Made by a program: the position numbers and the translations under genes. A model generated the notes under the pieces. It did not search any database and was not told the DNA's origin. It worked only from the letters and a program-made list of their open reading frames with translations. Shown in pieces: positions 50,254 to 63,570 of a DNA stretch of 64,000 nt. The stretch is taken from assembly GCF_037042905.1 (NCBI RefSeq), contig NC_087245.1, positions 8,682,001-8,746,000 of the forward strand. Direction: 5' to 3'. The first letter of the stretch is position 1. Each line of letters begins with the position of its first letter. The stretch comes from Lytechinus pictus (Eukaryota).

Positions 50254-51798
50254 GTGGCCGGTCGGGCAAGCCAGCGTGGTGTGCGGGGCCAGCGTGCCAC
50301 AGGTGCGGCTGGCCCTTTGTTAAACAATGTAGGACATTTTGAGGGTGTCACCCGTCACGGTGGTGTGGGCTTTCAAGCTGTTGAGGGTGTAACGATGCAA
50401 TCTTGTATCAGTGTCTTTACTGCAGCTGTGCCCGCTAATGACGTGGTATCTGCCTCTCGCATCTCTGATGGTCGCGTGGCTGTGTATCTGGGATCGGAGG
50501 AGGCTGTTATCAATGCTGTGCAGAAGGGCCTTGAGTATGAGGGGGCCTTTCTTGAACTGGCCCCCCTTGTGCGGCCCGCTGCTCGGGTCATTTTATCTGA
50601 TGTGTGCCCAGAGCTGCCGAATTCTGTCTTGACTGGGGGTCTAGCACCTTTTTGCAAAGTTGTGTCCGACTGCAGACCAATACCTCTGGGATTTGGGGAC
50701 AAGCGTCTGAACCATATTGTGAGTTTTGGAGGGCACGTTCAGGTGTTAGTGAAACCTAACACAACACTTCCAGATAACATTAATTTCGTGTTTTCAGGTA
50801 TGAACTATCGTGTTTTTATTTCAACTGAGTCAGTCAGATGTTTTAACTGTGGTGAATTTGGTCATATTTCCCGCAATTGTAAGAAACCTCAAACAAGCAC
50901 AAATACTAATCAGTCAAAGACAAACGCTGCCCCAGTTTCAAATGACACGAGAGTGCGCCAGCGCGGATCCTCCCCGCCCCTCACTACGGTTTCGGACCCC
51001 ATGCCACCATCACCTCCCCCCTTGGCGGCAACTACAATGCCCCCACCTGTACCCACCTCCTCTGATTTCCCTAGTTTACCACCTCGTGATTGTGGGCCCC
51101 TTTCTACCTCAGCCACCCCCTCGCGCATCAGGAAGCCTCAATCCTCCCCACTGCACATACCTCTGACATCACCTGCTCAGCCGTCCAGCAATTCAACTAC
51201 CACGCCCATAGTCGTGTCCTCCAAGTCCCCTCCCCCCAAATCTATTTCTGCGTGCCCTTCGCCTGTGTGGAAAACTCCCCCATCACCTGTCCGAACTTTC
51301 TCTGAAGTTGTTTCAAAACGTAAGCAACTAACACCCGAATCAAACGAAAACAATACTACTCTTACTACACTGAAGGCCCCCTCTCCTCTTCGGAAAGTGG
51401 CCAGGAAAGCTCCCTCCTCCCAAACCGAAACCGTAGACTCTCCAACCTTAACGCAAGTCCTTGACTCCCAAACCCCCAATATCCCTCCTACCCCATCCTC
51501 CACAGTTGGAGATTCATCTACCGACACTGACTCCATGACTTGGGAAGATGCCCAAACGGATGAAGATGTCCCGAAGGAAGATGCACTCCCATTGACTCAA
51601 GGCCCCCTCTCCCAAGGCCAAATTGTGAAATTTCTGTCAAACGTAAAAGGGCGGAAAAAGCCTGCCCAGATTGCACGGAAATATACATCAAATATTCCAG
51701 GGCTAGTTAAACAATTAAAGCCCCTGAAAAACAGCCCCCTAGTAAAACGTAACATGCAGCAGAGGATATACAAATTGATCAGCACTCTGGAGAGCTAA
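50254..51798 (+). pseudogene. Tx1 ORF1 copy 3, hyper-edited (start ATG->GTG, N-terminal ~163 codons heavily recoded)
   Basis: Frame remains open but ATG became GTG at 50254; residues shared by copies 1 and 2 are altered (SNVYP->SDVCP, MSFRR->VSFGG); identical to copies 1/2 after ~codon 164. Confidence 0.88.
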
Positions 51799-51852
51799 TT
51801 CCTTTTTACCTTCTCTCCATTCATTACGTACGCTCAAGTTGCTATAGCCATA

Positions 51853-54800
51853 ATGGCACTGTCAATGCTGACCCTCAACACCGGAGGATGCTCCTCCCAA
51901 ACTCAAAATGCCTCCTTCCGAGTTTATGTTGAGCAAATTGCATGCAACCCGCTCGTTGTATTTTTACAGGAAACTTACCACCTTAAAGATAGCAATCCTT
52001 GCTGGAGCAACTGGTCGCATAAACCTTTTTGCTCACCCGGTATTACTCGAGGGTCAGGAGTGTCAACTTTGGTTAATAATTCTCAAGTCGATATTTTATC
52101 TACTTGTATTGTTTTTGATGGCTATATATTGTATAACAAGCTCTCCCATAATAACTGTATTTATCATGTATACAACACACTCATTCCTCAATCTGATGAA
52201 ATGGCAATTAAAGCTATTAATGCCCTTAATTGTCATATATCCACCTGTTGCGAAGATAATATTGTGATTGTGGGTGATTTTAATTGCACTGAAAATCCTG
52301 CGATTGATCGTTTGTGCACGCTCACAGAACGCAGACCTAAACTTGTTACGGCTTTGCAAAATGTTCTGAATAAATCTTCTCTTTGTGATGCATGGCGTTT
52401 TCTAAATCCAAATGAAAAGAAATTCACCTGGCAACGGCACAATCCAGCCAGTGCACAGGGCTTTTCAAAGTCTAGATTAGATCGATTTTATGTACCATCG
52501 TGTCTAGTTTCTTCTATTCATAAGTGTGAAATTATACCTTGTTCCTTATCTGACCACTCTGCAGTTTCTCTAACCTTGAAATTTCCAATACGAGCTAAAG
52601 GAAAAAGTGCATATTGGATTTTTAATAACACTCTTTTGGAAGACGAAAGTTACATTGATATTATTCGTCTTTTTTGGTCAGATTGGCAAAAAGAAAAAAA
52701 TGACTTCCCGAATCTTGCATCTTGGTGGGATTTCGGCAAGGTTCATATAAAATCAATTACTCAAATGTATAGCAAAAAAATAGTACAAAGGAAAAGGCAA
52801 GCTCTAATAGAAATTAACAAAGAGATTGATAAACTTCAGAGCGCAAAAGAATCTAGCCAACAAGATAAATATACTCTCGACGAGCATAGAAATGCATTAA
52901 ACTCGTTACTGAAAAATGAAGCACGCGGAGCTCTTGTGAGGTCTCGCTTTAAATACACAAATGAAACAGACTCATGCTCCAATTTTTTCTTCAACTTAGA
53001 AAAAAAGAATTCCTTATCAAAAAGTATATCCCGCATTCGGCTCGCTTCGGGACGTATTTCGGAGAACCCTTCTGAGATAAAAAATCATGTTCGGGAATTT
53101 TATGAATCTCTTTACACTCGAAAGCCAACTGACAAGAGCGCCATCAATAGTTTACTTGTAAATATCAAGACGCTTGATCCGTCCTTATCAAAGGACCTTG
53201 AGAATCCAATATCTGTAGAAGAACTTGATAATGCTGTCAAGCAGCTAGGCAAAAATAAGTCTCCTGGTATCGATGGACTTACCTCTGAATTTTATCATGT
53301 CTTTTGGCCCATGCTCAAAGATGATTTTCTCGAAGTTCTTACCTCCTCTCTTGAATCTGGATTTTTACCATACTCTTTTAGGAGGGCGGTCATTACTTTA
53401 CTCCCCAAAAAAGGAGACCTCGCTGATATTTCAAATTGGCGTCCCGTCTCCCTCCTCAACACAGACTATAAAATTTTTGCTAGGCTGCTTGCCAGTAGGC
53501 TAAAATCATGCATTGACCATGTTATTGGAAGAGACCAAAGTTATTGTATCCCCGGTCGTTCTATTTATGACAACATTAATCTCATTAGAGATATTTTGTT
53601 CTATGCAAACACTGATAATATTTCTTTGGCTGTATTGAACTTGGACCAGAAAAAGGCATTTGATAATGTAGATCATGTTTATTTATTCAATGTTATGAAA
53701 CGCATGGGCTTTGGAAGTCATTTTATATCTTATATACAAATTCTGTATGAAGGGGCTGAAAGCCTTATTAAAGTGTGTGGATCCCTGACAGCTCCCTTCC
53801 CCTTTGAGAAAGGAATACGACAGGGATGCCCTCTATCAGGGTTGCTATATACTCTCGCCATTGAGCCTCTCCTGAACTCACTAAGAGAGAACGTGTCAAA
53901 TCATGCATTAAATATCCCTGCAATTAACAAACGTTGTGTAGTATCTGCATATGCAGACGATGTATCGATATTTGTTACAGCCGATGCTGGCTTTGAATTA
54001 GTTGAACAAACTTACAATATGTTTAGTCTGGCCTCTGCTGCATGTTTAAATACAAAAAAATCACAAGGCCTTTGGGTCGGCCGTTGGAAAGGGCGGAATG
54101 ATAAACCCCTCAACTTTTCTTGGAATAGTGAAGGTCTCCCTTTTTTAGGAGTTCATTTAGGGAACACCTTTAATTATTCTAAACAAAACTGGATTAAATG
54201 TAAAGAAAGACTTAATAAGACTTTCATTTCGTGGTCTCGTTTATCGAACTCACTCTCATTTAAAGGCAAGGTATTGATTGCAAACCAGCTCGCTGCATCA
54301 AAAATATTTCATGTTCTTGCAGTTCTTTCTCCTCCTGAAAATGTATTAAACGAACTTCAGAATTTAATTGTGAATTTTATCTGGTCAAATAAGCGGCACT
54401 GGTTAAAGAAAGAAGTGTTGTATGAAAAACCTGACGAAGGAGGGCTGGGGCTAGCTTGTCTCCAAGCTCGTGTTCTAACTTACAGATTTTCGATTATTCA
54501 ACGGTTTCTTTCGTTAAATTCTCATCCAGTAAATGACTTTATGGCTCATTTTCTGAGACAGTATTGTAAATTAGGATTTGATTACCATTTGTTCTTTACA
54601 AGAATTGATCCTAAGTTTTACACAAGTCTTCCAGTTTACTATAGTGAAGTTCTGCGAGCTTGGTTGACATCTGGAGCTCGAATTGTGACACAATCCCTCT
54701 CTTTCAGCCATGCAATTAACATGCCCTTAAGTAGTTTTCATATTATTGATGCAATTGATGTTGATAATTTTTTTCCGACGCGCCTGATGGCATGCGGAGT

Positions 54801-56551
54801 GAAACTAGTTCGCCATTTGATAAACCACTCAACCGGTCTTTGGATTGAGAGTAGCTGTCTCCAAAAGAACTTTCCAAGAGGACTTCGACAACCATCATCG
54901 CGTCTCATCGAACGTGAAACATTACTCATTCGAACTGCACTCTCTAAAGTTTTTCCTACATATTTTAATGACTCAGGCTGTCAACACGAATACTCTGATT
55001 TATTGTCTGTTCCAGTAACTCCGATCAACTTCACTCTGGCTTCTTCCGAAAATGGACTTACTGCTTCTTCTAAAGCCATCTACACAATCTACAGGAAAGA
55101 ACTAGATAACACGACAATCTCATCAAGCTCACATTGGCATGATACTGGATTTCTCGATCCATCTACAAAAGTGAACTGGCTATCTATCTATCAACTACCA
55201 ACACCTAAAAAAGAGGCTGATATTCAATACAAACTCCTTCACAATATTTTACCGTCGCTCACTGTACTCCATCATCTTAATACAGACATTTCTTCTTTTT
55301 GCGGATGGTGCGGAGAAGCAGGAACCATTCAACATCTGTTCATCGAATGTAAAGGAATTCAACCCCCTCTCAATCTTCAAGGCGGTGCTGCACCATCCCG
55401 AGTTTGCTCAATCTCGAGATTTTAGCCCGATCAGCCCTCTTCGCGATTAATCTCGAGATTCAAGAAACCCCGTCTGCACCATCCCACGAGGAGCTATATA
55501 TGCTCGAGCGAGGCAACAAGCCCGATATTCCGGGCATGCGCACTTTCGGATCTTGGAGTTTCAACGGCCCGCGCTTTTGAATAACTTCCCGCGATATGCA
55601 AGCAATGAACTCCTTTCACTAGTACTTTCGCCGAATTCAACCGGTGTTATGCAACAATCCTTTCAGCTCAGCGAGTGAAGAAGTGATGTATTCTTCGTGA
55701 AATATGATGGCGGAGTAGGAGGCAACGACAGAGAGAGAGAGAGAGAGAGGGAGAAGGAGGAAAGAAATGCTATTTGCTCACATTTTGCGAAGGAATAAGA
55801 CAACACTGCTGTCAGTGTTGTTATTGAATATGACCATCGTCGATGCGATGAGCGCCTCCCCCTTCGGTCTGGTCTCTCCCGGGGTCTCTCCCAAAATCCA
55901 TTCACTGGTGGGGACACCATCGTTGCTTATGAACGCTATTCGCATGTGTAAAGTTGACTTTCGCACGTGTTTATGTTTTGACCAAGGCGGAAGTGGAACG
56001 CGAATTGCATTATGGACTGACGTCATGAATAAATTACCCCGAGTCCAATCTCGAGTGCGTCTGCACCGACGAATTAGCGGGATAATTCGTAAAATAGCGC
56101 GCTATTTTGCAAATAAACCCGAGTTGACTTGGGATTGCAATCTCGAGATTAATCCTACGAACTAGCGCGATAATTGCGTCTGCACCGCCAACTATCTCGA
56201 GATTTTTCAGATCGGGATAATTTGCCGGATCAGAAATAGCGCGCTAATTTGAAACTTCGGGATTTTGACCTGTACTGGGCACTCATTCCGCATGCCAGAG
56301 GGCGTGACAGAAAGATTATCCGCCTTGCTAATTTCCTTATTATTAGTTTAAAAAGTACAATTTATTTTATGTACCGTACCTCAAATTTCACCGATCCACT
56401 TATAATTTGGTTACATCGTCTCAAAAACAGAATACTCTATGAATTTACTTATTACAAATTATGTTCTAATATTGATGCTTTTTCACGTAAATGGTGTATG
56501 AATAGATTACTTTTTACAATTAACGAGGGCAGCATTGCATGGCTCATTTAA
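51853..56551 (+). pseudogene. Tx1 ORF2 copy 3, interrupted after the zinc finger
   Basis: Matches copies 1/2 up to ...QPPLNL (~55378), reads into the insertion and stops at 55425; C-terminal FDLYWAL...IAWLI resumes ~56263-56551 with ~42 bp deleted. Confidence 0.9.
55380..56263. mobile_element. Non-autonomous TIR element (~0.88 kb), right TIR truncated
   Basis: Absent from copies 1/2; starts AGGCGGTGCTGCACCATCCCGAGTTT; homologous to 56572-57461; right end fused to host through AT microhomology. Confidence 0.88.
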
Positions 56552-56571
56552 ACATTTGATTTTATAACTCT

Positions 56572-57461
56572 AGGCGGTGCTGCACCATCCCGAGTTTGCT
56601 CAATCTCGAGATTTTAGCCCGATCGGCCCACTTCGCGATTAATCTCGAGATTCAAGAAACCCCGTCTGCACCATCGCAAGACAGCGATTCCTGCTCGAGC
56701 GAGGCAACAAACCCGATATTCAGAGCATGCGCACTTTCGGATCTTGGAGTTTCAACGGCCCGCGCTTTTGAATAACTTCCTGCGATATATGCAAGCAATG
56801 TACTCGTTTCACTATTACTTTCGCCGAATTCGACCGGTGTTATGCAACAATCCTCTCAGCGAGTGAAGAAGTGATGTATTCTTCGTTAAATATGATGGCG
56901 GAGTAGGAGGCAATGACAGAGAGAGAGAGAGAGAGGGAGAGAAGGAGGAAAGAAATGCTATTTGCTCACATTTTGCGAAGGAATAAGACAACACTGCTGT
57001 CAGTGTTGTTATTGAATATGACCATCGTCGATGAGCGCCTCCCCCTTCGGTCTGGTCTCTCCCAAAATCCATTCACTGGTGGGACACCATCGTTGCTTAT
57101 TAGGCAATTGATGAACGCTATTCGCATGTATAAAGTTGACTTTCGCACGTGTTTATGTTTTGACCAAGGCGGAAGTGGAACGCGAATTGCATTATGGACT
57201 GACGTCATGAATAAATTACCCCGAGTCCAATCTCGAGTGCGTCTGCACCGACGAATTAGCGGGATAATTCGTAAAATAGCGCGCTATTTTGCAAATAAAC
57301 CCGAGTTGACTTGGGATTGCAATCTCGAGATTAATCCTATACGAACTAGCGCGATAATTGCGTCTCCACCGCCAACTATCTCGAGATTTTTCAGATCGGG
57401 ATAATTTGCCGGATCAGAAATAGCGCGCTAATTTGAAAACTCGGGATGGTGCAGACGGCCC
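56572..57461. mobile_element. Non-autonomous TIR element (~0.89 kb), complete
   Basis: Imperfect TIRs with 18-bp perfect core CTGCACCATCCCGAGTTT / AAACTCGGGATGGTGCAG; inserted in the Tx1 3'UTR (ACTCT|..|TGCTTG) without a clean TSD; internal (GA)n and repeated AATCTCGAGATT palindromes. Confidence 0.9.
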
Positions 57462-57581
57462 TGCTTGTAATCAACCTGATCTCATTTGAATGTTTATGTC
57501 AAACTATTCTTTTATTATATACCTGACTTTTGTGATTATAATTTGTAAATAAAGTTTTCATTTGAAAAGTCAAAAAAAAAG

Positions 57582-57633
<52 letters not shown>

Positions 57634-57830
57634 TATTTCTTTCTTCCTTCCATCCTTTCTTTCTTTCTTTTGTTCTTTTGTTCTTTCTTTCTTTCTTTCT
57701 TTCTTTCTTTCATTTTTTTTTCTTTCTTTCTTGCTTTCTTTCTTTCTTTCTTTATTTCTTCCTTCCTTTTTTAAATTTCTTTCTTTCTTCCTTCCTTTTT
57801 AAAATTTCTTTCTTTCTTTCATTGGTTCCT
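57582..57830. repeat. (TTTC)n microsatellite downstream of the Tx1 array
   Basis: Pure next to the element, degenerating distally. Confidence 0.93.
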
Positions 57831-58333
57831 TTCCTTTCATTTTCTCTCCTTTTCCCTCTTCTTCAGTTCTAATTCTACCTCTTTCATTTACTTTTCTTTC
57901 TACCCTTGAATTCTCCTCTCTTTTTCTTATCCCCTCCTTTTTATTCAATTATACATTGTACTACTTGATCAATGGATGATAGACGTAAAACGTTTGTAGA
58001 CAAAAATGATGTTAGACATGTACCCTGATGGCGTTGAACTATAATCCGCAATAAGAGTTGGGGGCTAAACTTATTCGGGTTTTTTTTTCAAATTTAAACT
58101 CAGTTAACTTTATTAATAATCTACCAATCAATAAATCAATTAACGATAATCGGAAAAGATTTGGAGACGATTTCCTTCGAAATCACAATAAAACAAAAGT
58201 AAAACAATAAAACAACCAAGAAATACTTAAAACATATCAACAAAATCAACAATAATTTAGATTTTGAGGAAGTACAGCATCCTTCATAGTTTAATCAAAC
58301 ATAGAAAGAATAAAAATCAGTTTTTTTTAAATA

Positions 58334-58572
58334 CTCTGTAAAAACTGTGGTGTTAAAACTGACATCAGTTGGTGTTAATAGAGGACCACACCCCGAGGTG
58401 TTAAAATTACACCCTAGAGATTGAACATAACACCAAAGAGTGTAAATGTAACAACCAAAGGTGTTGTAATAACACCTATATGTGTTAAACTAACACCATC
58501 AATTTAACACCGGAGTAAAATAACTGGTGTGGTCCTCTATGTACACCGGTTAACACCACAGTTTTTGCTGTG
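58334..58572. mobile_element. Small TIR element with AACACC subterminal repeats
   Basis: AAAAACTGTGGTGTTAA / TTAACACCACAGTTTTT; TA on both flanks. Confidence 0.7.
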
Positions 58573-60076
58573 TATATTTAATCAGAGCAAACCTTTGATT
58601 TTGTGAACAAATTAACAACATTATTTAATTTTGATTTTTTTTTTGAGAATTTGGCTTTCCATTTTTTAAGACACAATGGTACATCTAATTAAAAAATGTG
58701 CATTTAAAATCATACATATATGAATATGTATTATACTCTAGAATATTGTAGAATGCCTTAAGTAATAATACAGCGATGCACGAGCACCACATAATAGCTG
58801 ATAATTTATTCCAATTATTTTGAAAACGAATATCATACCCTTTTATTAACTTACCTCTGCTCTATTCACGTCTTGTTTTTTTTTATTAGGCTGAGGTGCT
58901 GTAGTTCTCTACTCATGCAAAGTTATAATGGAGGAAAACAAATGAAGAGGAGTTTTAAATATTTTGTGTGCAATCTGAGCAATGGTTTCATCATGACTTA
59001 TGCAACTTCAAATTATTTTTAATCTTAAAAAAAAAACGAATGTGGTTTCAACTTGTTGCTTGGTTGACCGCACATTTAAAAGAGAATGAAACCCTTAAAA
59101 CCGGATGGATTTATATAACTTGAAGAAGAAAATCAAAGAAACATATCAATGAGAGTTTGGGGAAGATTGAATGAATAATAAGAATGAGCATTTTACTTGA
59201 GGTATTTAATGCTATGCAGATCCTCCAATGGACAATGTGACCAAGAACTGTTATCATGGTTAATACCCCTAACTCCCTGGTTAATGAACTTCATCATTAT
59301 TTCACTACATATTTCATTTCAATTTTCAATTTCAACTTTATCTTGCCTATGACAAGATCAAGTGTTACATGGATGCGTTGTTTGATATGCCATTATTGCC
59401 TCAACACGCAGCACTCGCGTCCTTTGGCAAGGAGTTTATCTATATATAAATAAATAAATAAATAAATAAATAAATATACATTTGCCACTCTCCACCCGGG
59501 AGGGGGGCTGTATCATGAAGCTGTTCGTAAGTTAAGAGTGACTTTATGAACGACTGGTGACCTTTCTTGCAATAAATGATATTCACCATTGAATTTTCAT
59601 TTGTGATTATTTAGCGCGTAAAAAAGTTTCACCAGTCGTTATTTAATTGGACGTTCCACAGTTATGTTTGTGCGCATCATGATCTGCGCATATTTTACAC
59701 TCTGCGCGCTGACGTCACAATGGATGAACTGGTGATTTAATCAGCTGTAGGTAATGTGTGCTGATTTTTCTCCTTATCTGCACTAACTGCAGATCTGATG
59801 TGTTATTTTATGAAGCTAATAAACTGGAATTATTCCATGGACCATTTTTTTATTCCTCTACAATTTCAAAAAAGTTTCTCTATAGTGCTGCAAAGTATGA
59901 TGAATGTGACCCCGAGTTTGAATAAATGGAAAAGTGGTTCGGAATATTTCCTCACATAGATACTGCTTTTGGCGCGTTTTCGGGTGTTTTAAGAAGCAAA
60001 TTTGCTCTAATAAGAGTGCTGATAGTTTGAAAACAAGCACATGAACCCATATTTTATAATGTTTGCACCTCTTAGG

Positions 60077-60929
<853 letters not shown>

Positions 60930-61329
60930 CTCTTAGGTATACCTTCCTCTACAACCTTGCAAAGTTTGGTGAAAATGACATGGGTTTTGAATAAAGTGCG
61001 GCATTTCTTTTACTTCTCAAGTTTTGTTATTGAAATTTGAAATTTTTGAGGTTAAATATCTTTCCCGTAATTTCAAAGAACTGAGAGTGTTGTTAGACTT
61101 AAATGAGCAAACAATTGACAGCAATATAGATAGATTATCAATCTTACGGATACAATTATTCATCATATTGCAAAATTTGATGAAATTTTCATGGATTTTG
61201 ACTGAGTAATAGGGCTTTAAACTCATTGTTATGATCTCGTGAGGTCTAAAAATGTCAAATTCATTTGGATGCGCAATTCTTAAGAACATCATCCATTTTG
61301 GGTTAACTTTGAAGCTCTATAGAAAAAAT

Positions 61330-62575
61330 CAAGCACATGGACCCATGTAAACTTGTGCATATTTAGAATATTAAGCTGCTAAAGTATCTATGTACAAAGT
61401 ATGATGAAAATGACATGGATTTTCAATGTTTGGGAGCAAGGCTACGGAACCATTCGCATTTTAGACGGTATTAACATACTTTTGCTTGTTTTCGGCGCAT
61501 TTTGGGCGATTTTCAAGCCATCTTGCTACACTTGGGACACCAATAGTTTAAAACCGAGCACATGGACCCCATATTTTTAATATCTGAATGTCTTCAGAAT
61601 ATATTCTTCTACAAATCTGGAAAGTATGATGAAAATGACATGGATTTTGAATGTTTGGGAGCGAAATATGTAACCATTTGCATTTTAGACGGTATAATCA
61701 TACTTTTTGCTTGTTTTCGGCGCAAATTAGGTGGATTGCAATATTTTCAAGCCAACTCGCAACACTTTGGACACTGATAGTTAAAAACAAGCGCATGAAC
61801 CCCAAATTGTTAATATTTAATGCCTTTAGAATATATTCCTCTACAAATCTAGAGAGTATGATGAAAATGACATGGATTTTAAATGTTAGGGAACAAAATT
61901 ACGGAACCATTCGCATTTTAGACGGTATTATTAGACTTTTGCACGTTTTCGGAGCATTTTAGGTGGATTTCAACATTTTCAAGCCAACTCGCAGCACTTT
62001 GGACACTGATAGTTTAAAAACGAGCACATGGACCCCATATTTTTGATATGTTAATGCCTTTAGAATATATTCCTCTACAAATCTAGAGAGTATGATGAAA
62101 ATGACATGGATTTTGAATGTTTGGGAGCGAAATATGTAACAATTTGCATTTTAGACGGTATTATCACACTTTTGCATGTTTTCGGCGCTTTTTATGCAAT
62201 TTTTCAAGCCAACTTGCTACACTTGGGACACCAATAGTTTAAAACGAGCACATGGACCCCATATTTTTAATATTTTAATGTCTTTAGAATATTTTCTTCT
62301 ACAAATCTGGAAAGTATGATGAAAATGACATGGATTTTGAATGTTTGGGAGCGAAATATGTAACCATTTGCATTTTAGACGGTATTATCATACTTTTTGC
62401 TTGTTTTCGGCGCACTTAAGGTGGATTACAATATTTTCAAGCCAACTCGCAACACTTTGGACACTGATAGTTAAAAACGATCACATGGACTCCATATTTT
62501 TAACTTCCTTACACCTTCGATATGCATTCCTCTACAATTTAGCCGAATTTGATAAAAATGACATGGATTTTGAAA
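61330..62575. repeat. ~230-bp tandem repeat, ~5.5 units
   Basis: GCACATGGACCCC...TGATGAAAATGACATGGATTTT...GCATTTTAGACGGTATT recurs at ~61332, 61557, 61790, 62022, 62246, 62480. Confidence 0.85.
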
Positions 62576-63044
62576 AAAAGTGCAGCGTACAAAATACTTT
62601 TTTTAATTTTTGAGTAGATTCACGTCTTTGAAGATTTGTTTTTTTTTCCGAGTTTTTGCACCATTCTTGCCAAATGAGGGCGCTGTTGACTCCGAATAGA
62701 TATAATTTTACCAATTAAAAGACTTTCTCTTACTTTGGTATACACTTTGTTATATATCTTGAAAATTTGATGAAGTTTGATGCGGTATCCACTGAGTAAA
62801 GATGATTTAAACTCATTTTGGTAAATTCGTGAGGTCTAAGAGAGGCATAATTCTTGATTGGGCAAGATTGCATATCATTCAAATACGGCGACTTTGAAGA
62901 CCCGTAGAAAAAAAATAAGCACATGAACCTATATTATTTTTTGCATTTTCATAATGCATAGATACCAAATTAACTCTCTGCAAAATTTGGTGAAAATGAC
63001 ATGGACTTCATTTTAACTGTGGAACGTCCTTAAGTCACTCTTAA

Positions 63045-63570
63045 AGGTCAAGTCCACCCACCCCAGAAAAAAATGTTGATTTGAATCAATATAGAAAAAT
63101 CCAAAAAGCATAAAGTAAAAAATTTTATCAAAATAGGATGTAAAGTAAGAAAGTTATAACATTTTAAAGTTTTGCGCATTTTACAAAATATTTATATGCA
63201 GAACTCATTGACATGCAAATGAGAGAGTTGATGATGTCCCCCACTCACTATTAATTTTGTTTTTTTTATTGTTTGAATTACACAATATTTCAATTTTTAC
63301 AAATGACCAATTGGACGGAACCACAAAATGTTAAAACAATGGTATTTCCACAATTCAGGAAAAAAATAAAACTTCTTTCACATTACCATGAGGAGAAAAT
63401 TAGAATATTTCATAATACAAAAGAAACAATGAGTGGATGACGTCACAAGTCCCCTAATTTGCATACAGACCAGGATGTGCATATAACTGTTTAGTGAAAT
63501 TTAGCGAAACTTGAATCCGAATTTGATGAAATTTTCAGTGACTTTACTTGTTGGATTTTTCTCTATTTAT
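63045..63570. mobile_element. Family A TTAA MITE, reverse orientation, one end truncated
   Basis: TTAA|AGGTCAAGTCCACCC start; homologous to 2385-2980. Confidence 0.7.

Larger units (their letters stand above)
50045..57581 (+). mobile_element. Tx1 copy 3: full-length, A->G hypermutated 5' ~700 bp, disrupted by two TIR elements
   Basis: Same 5' end (GTGAGG) and 3' end (A9-G then TC(TTTC)n); insertions at ~55380-56263 and ~56572-57461. Confidence 0.95.

Noticed and set aside
50045..50743. Explaining copy-3 divergence as sequencing error, APOBEC/CpG decay or an older subfamily 5' end
   Set aside because: Changes are one-directional A->G with neighbour bias and no indels, mostly non-synonymous, and destroy the start codon. 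Error or ordinary divergence would give mixed types; APOBEC or CpG decay gives G->A or C->T.
56913..57404. 163-aa ORF (and 132-aa ORF at 55767) in the TIR inserts as a transposase
   Set aside because: No DDE or tyrosine-recombinase motif; runs through (GA)n and subterminal repeats; frame not maintained between the two copies.
61330..62575. CRISPR-like array
   Set aside because: Whole ~230-bp units repeat with no unique spacers; eukaryotic context and no cas genes.
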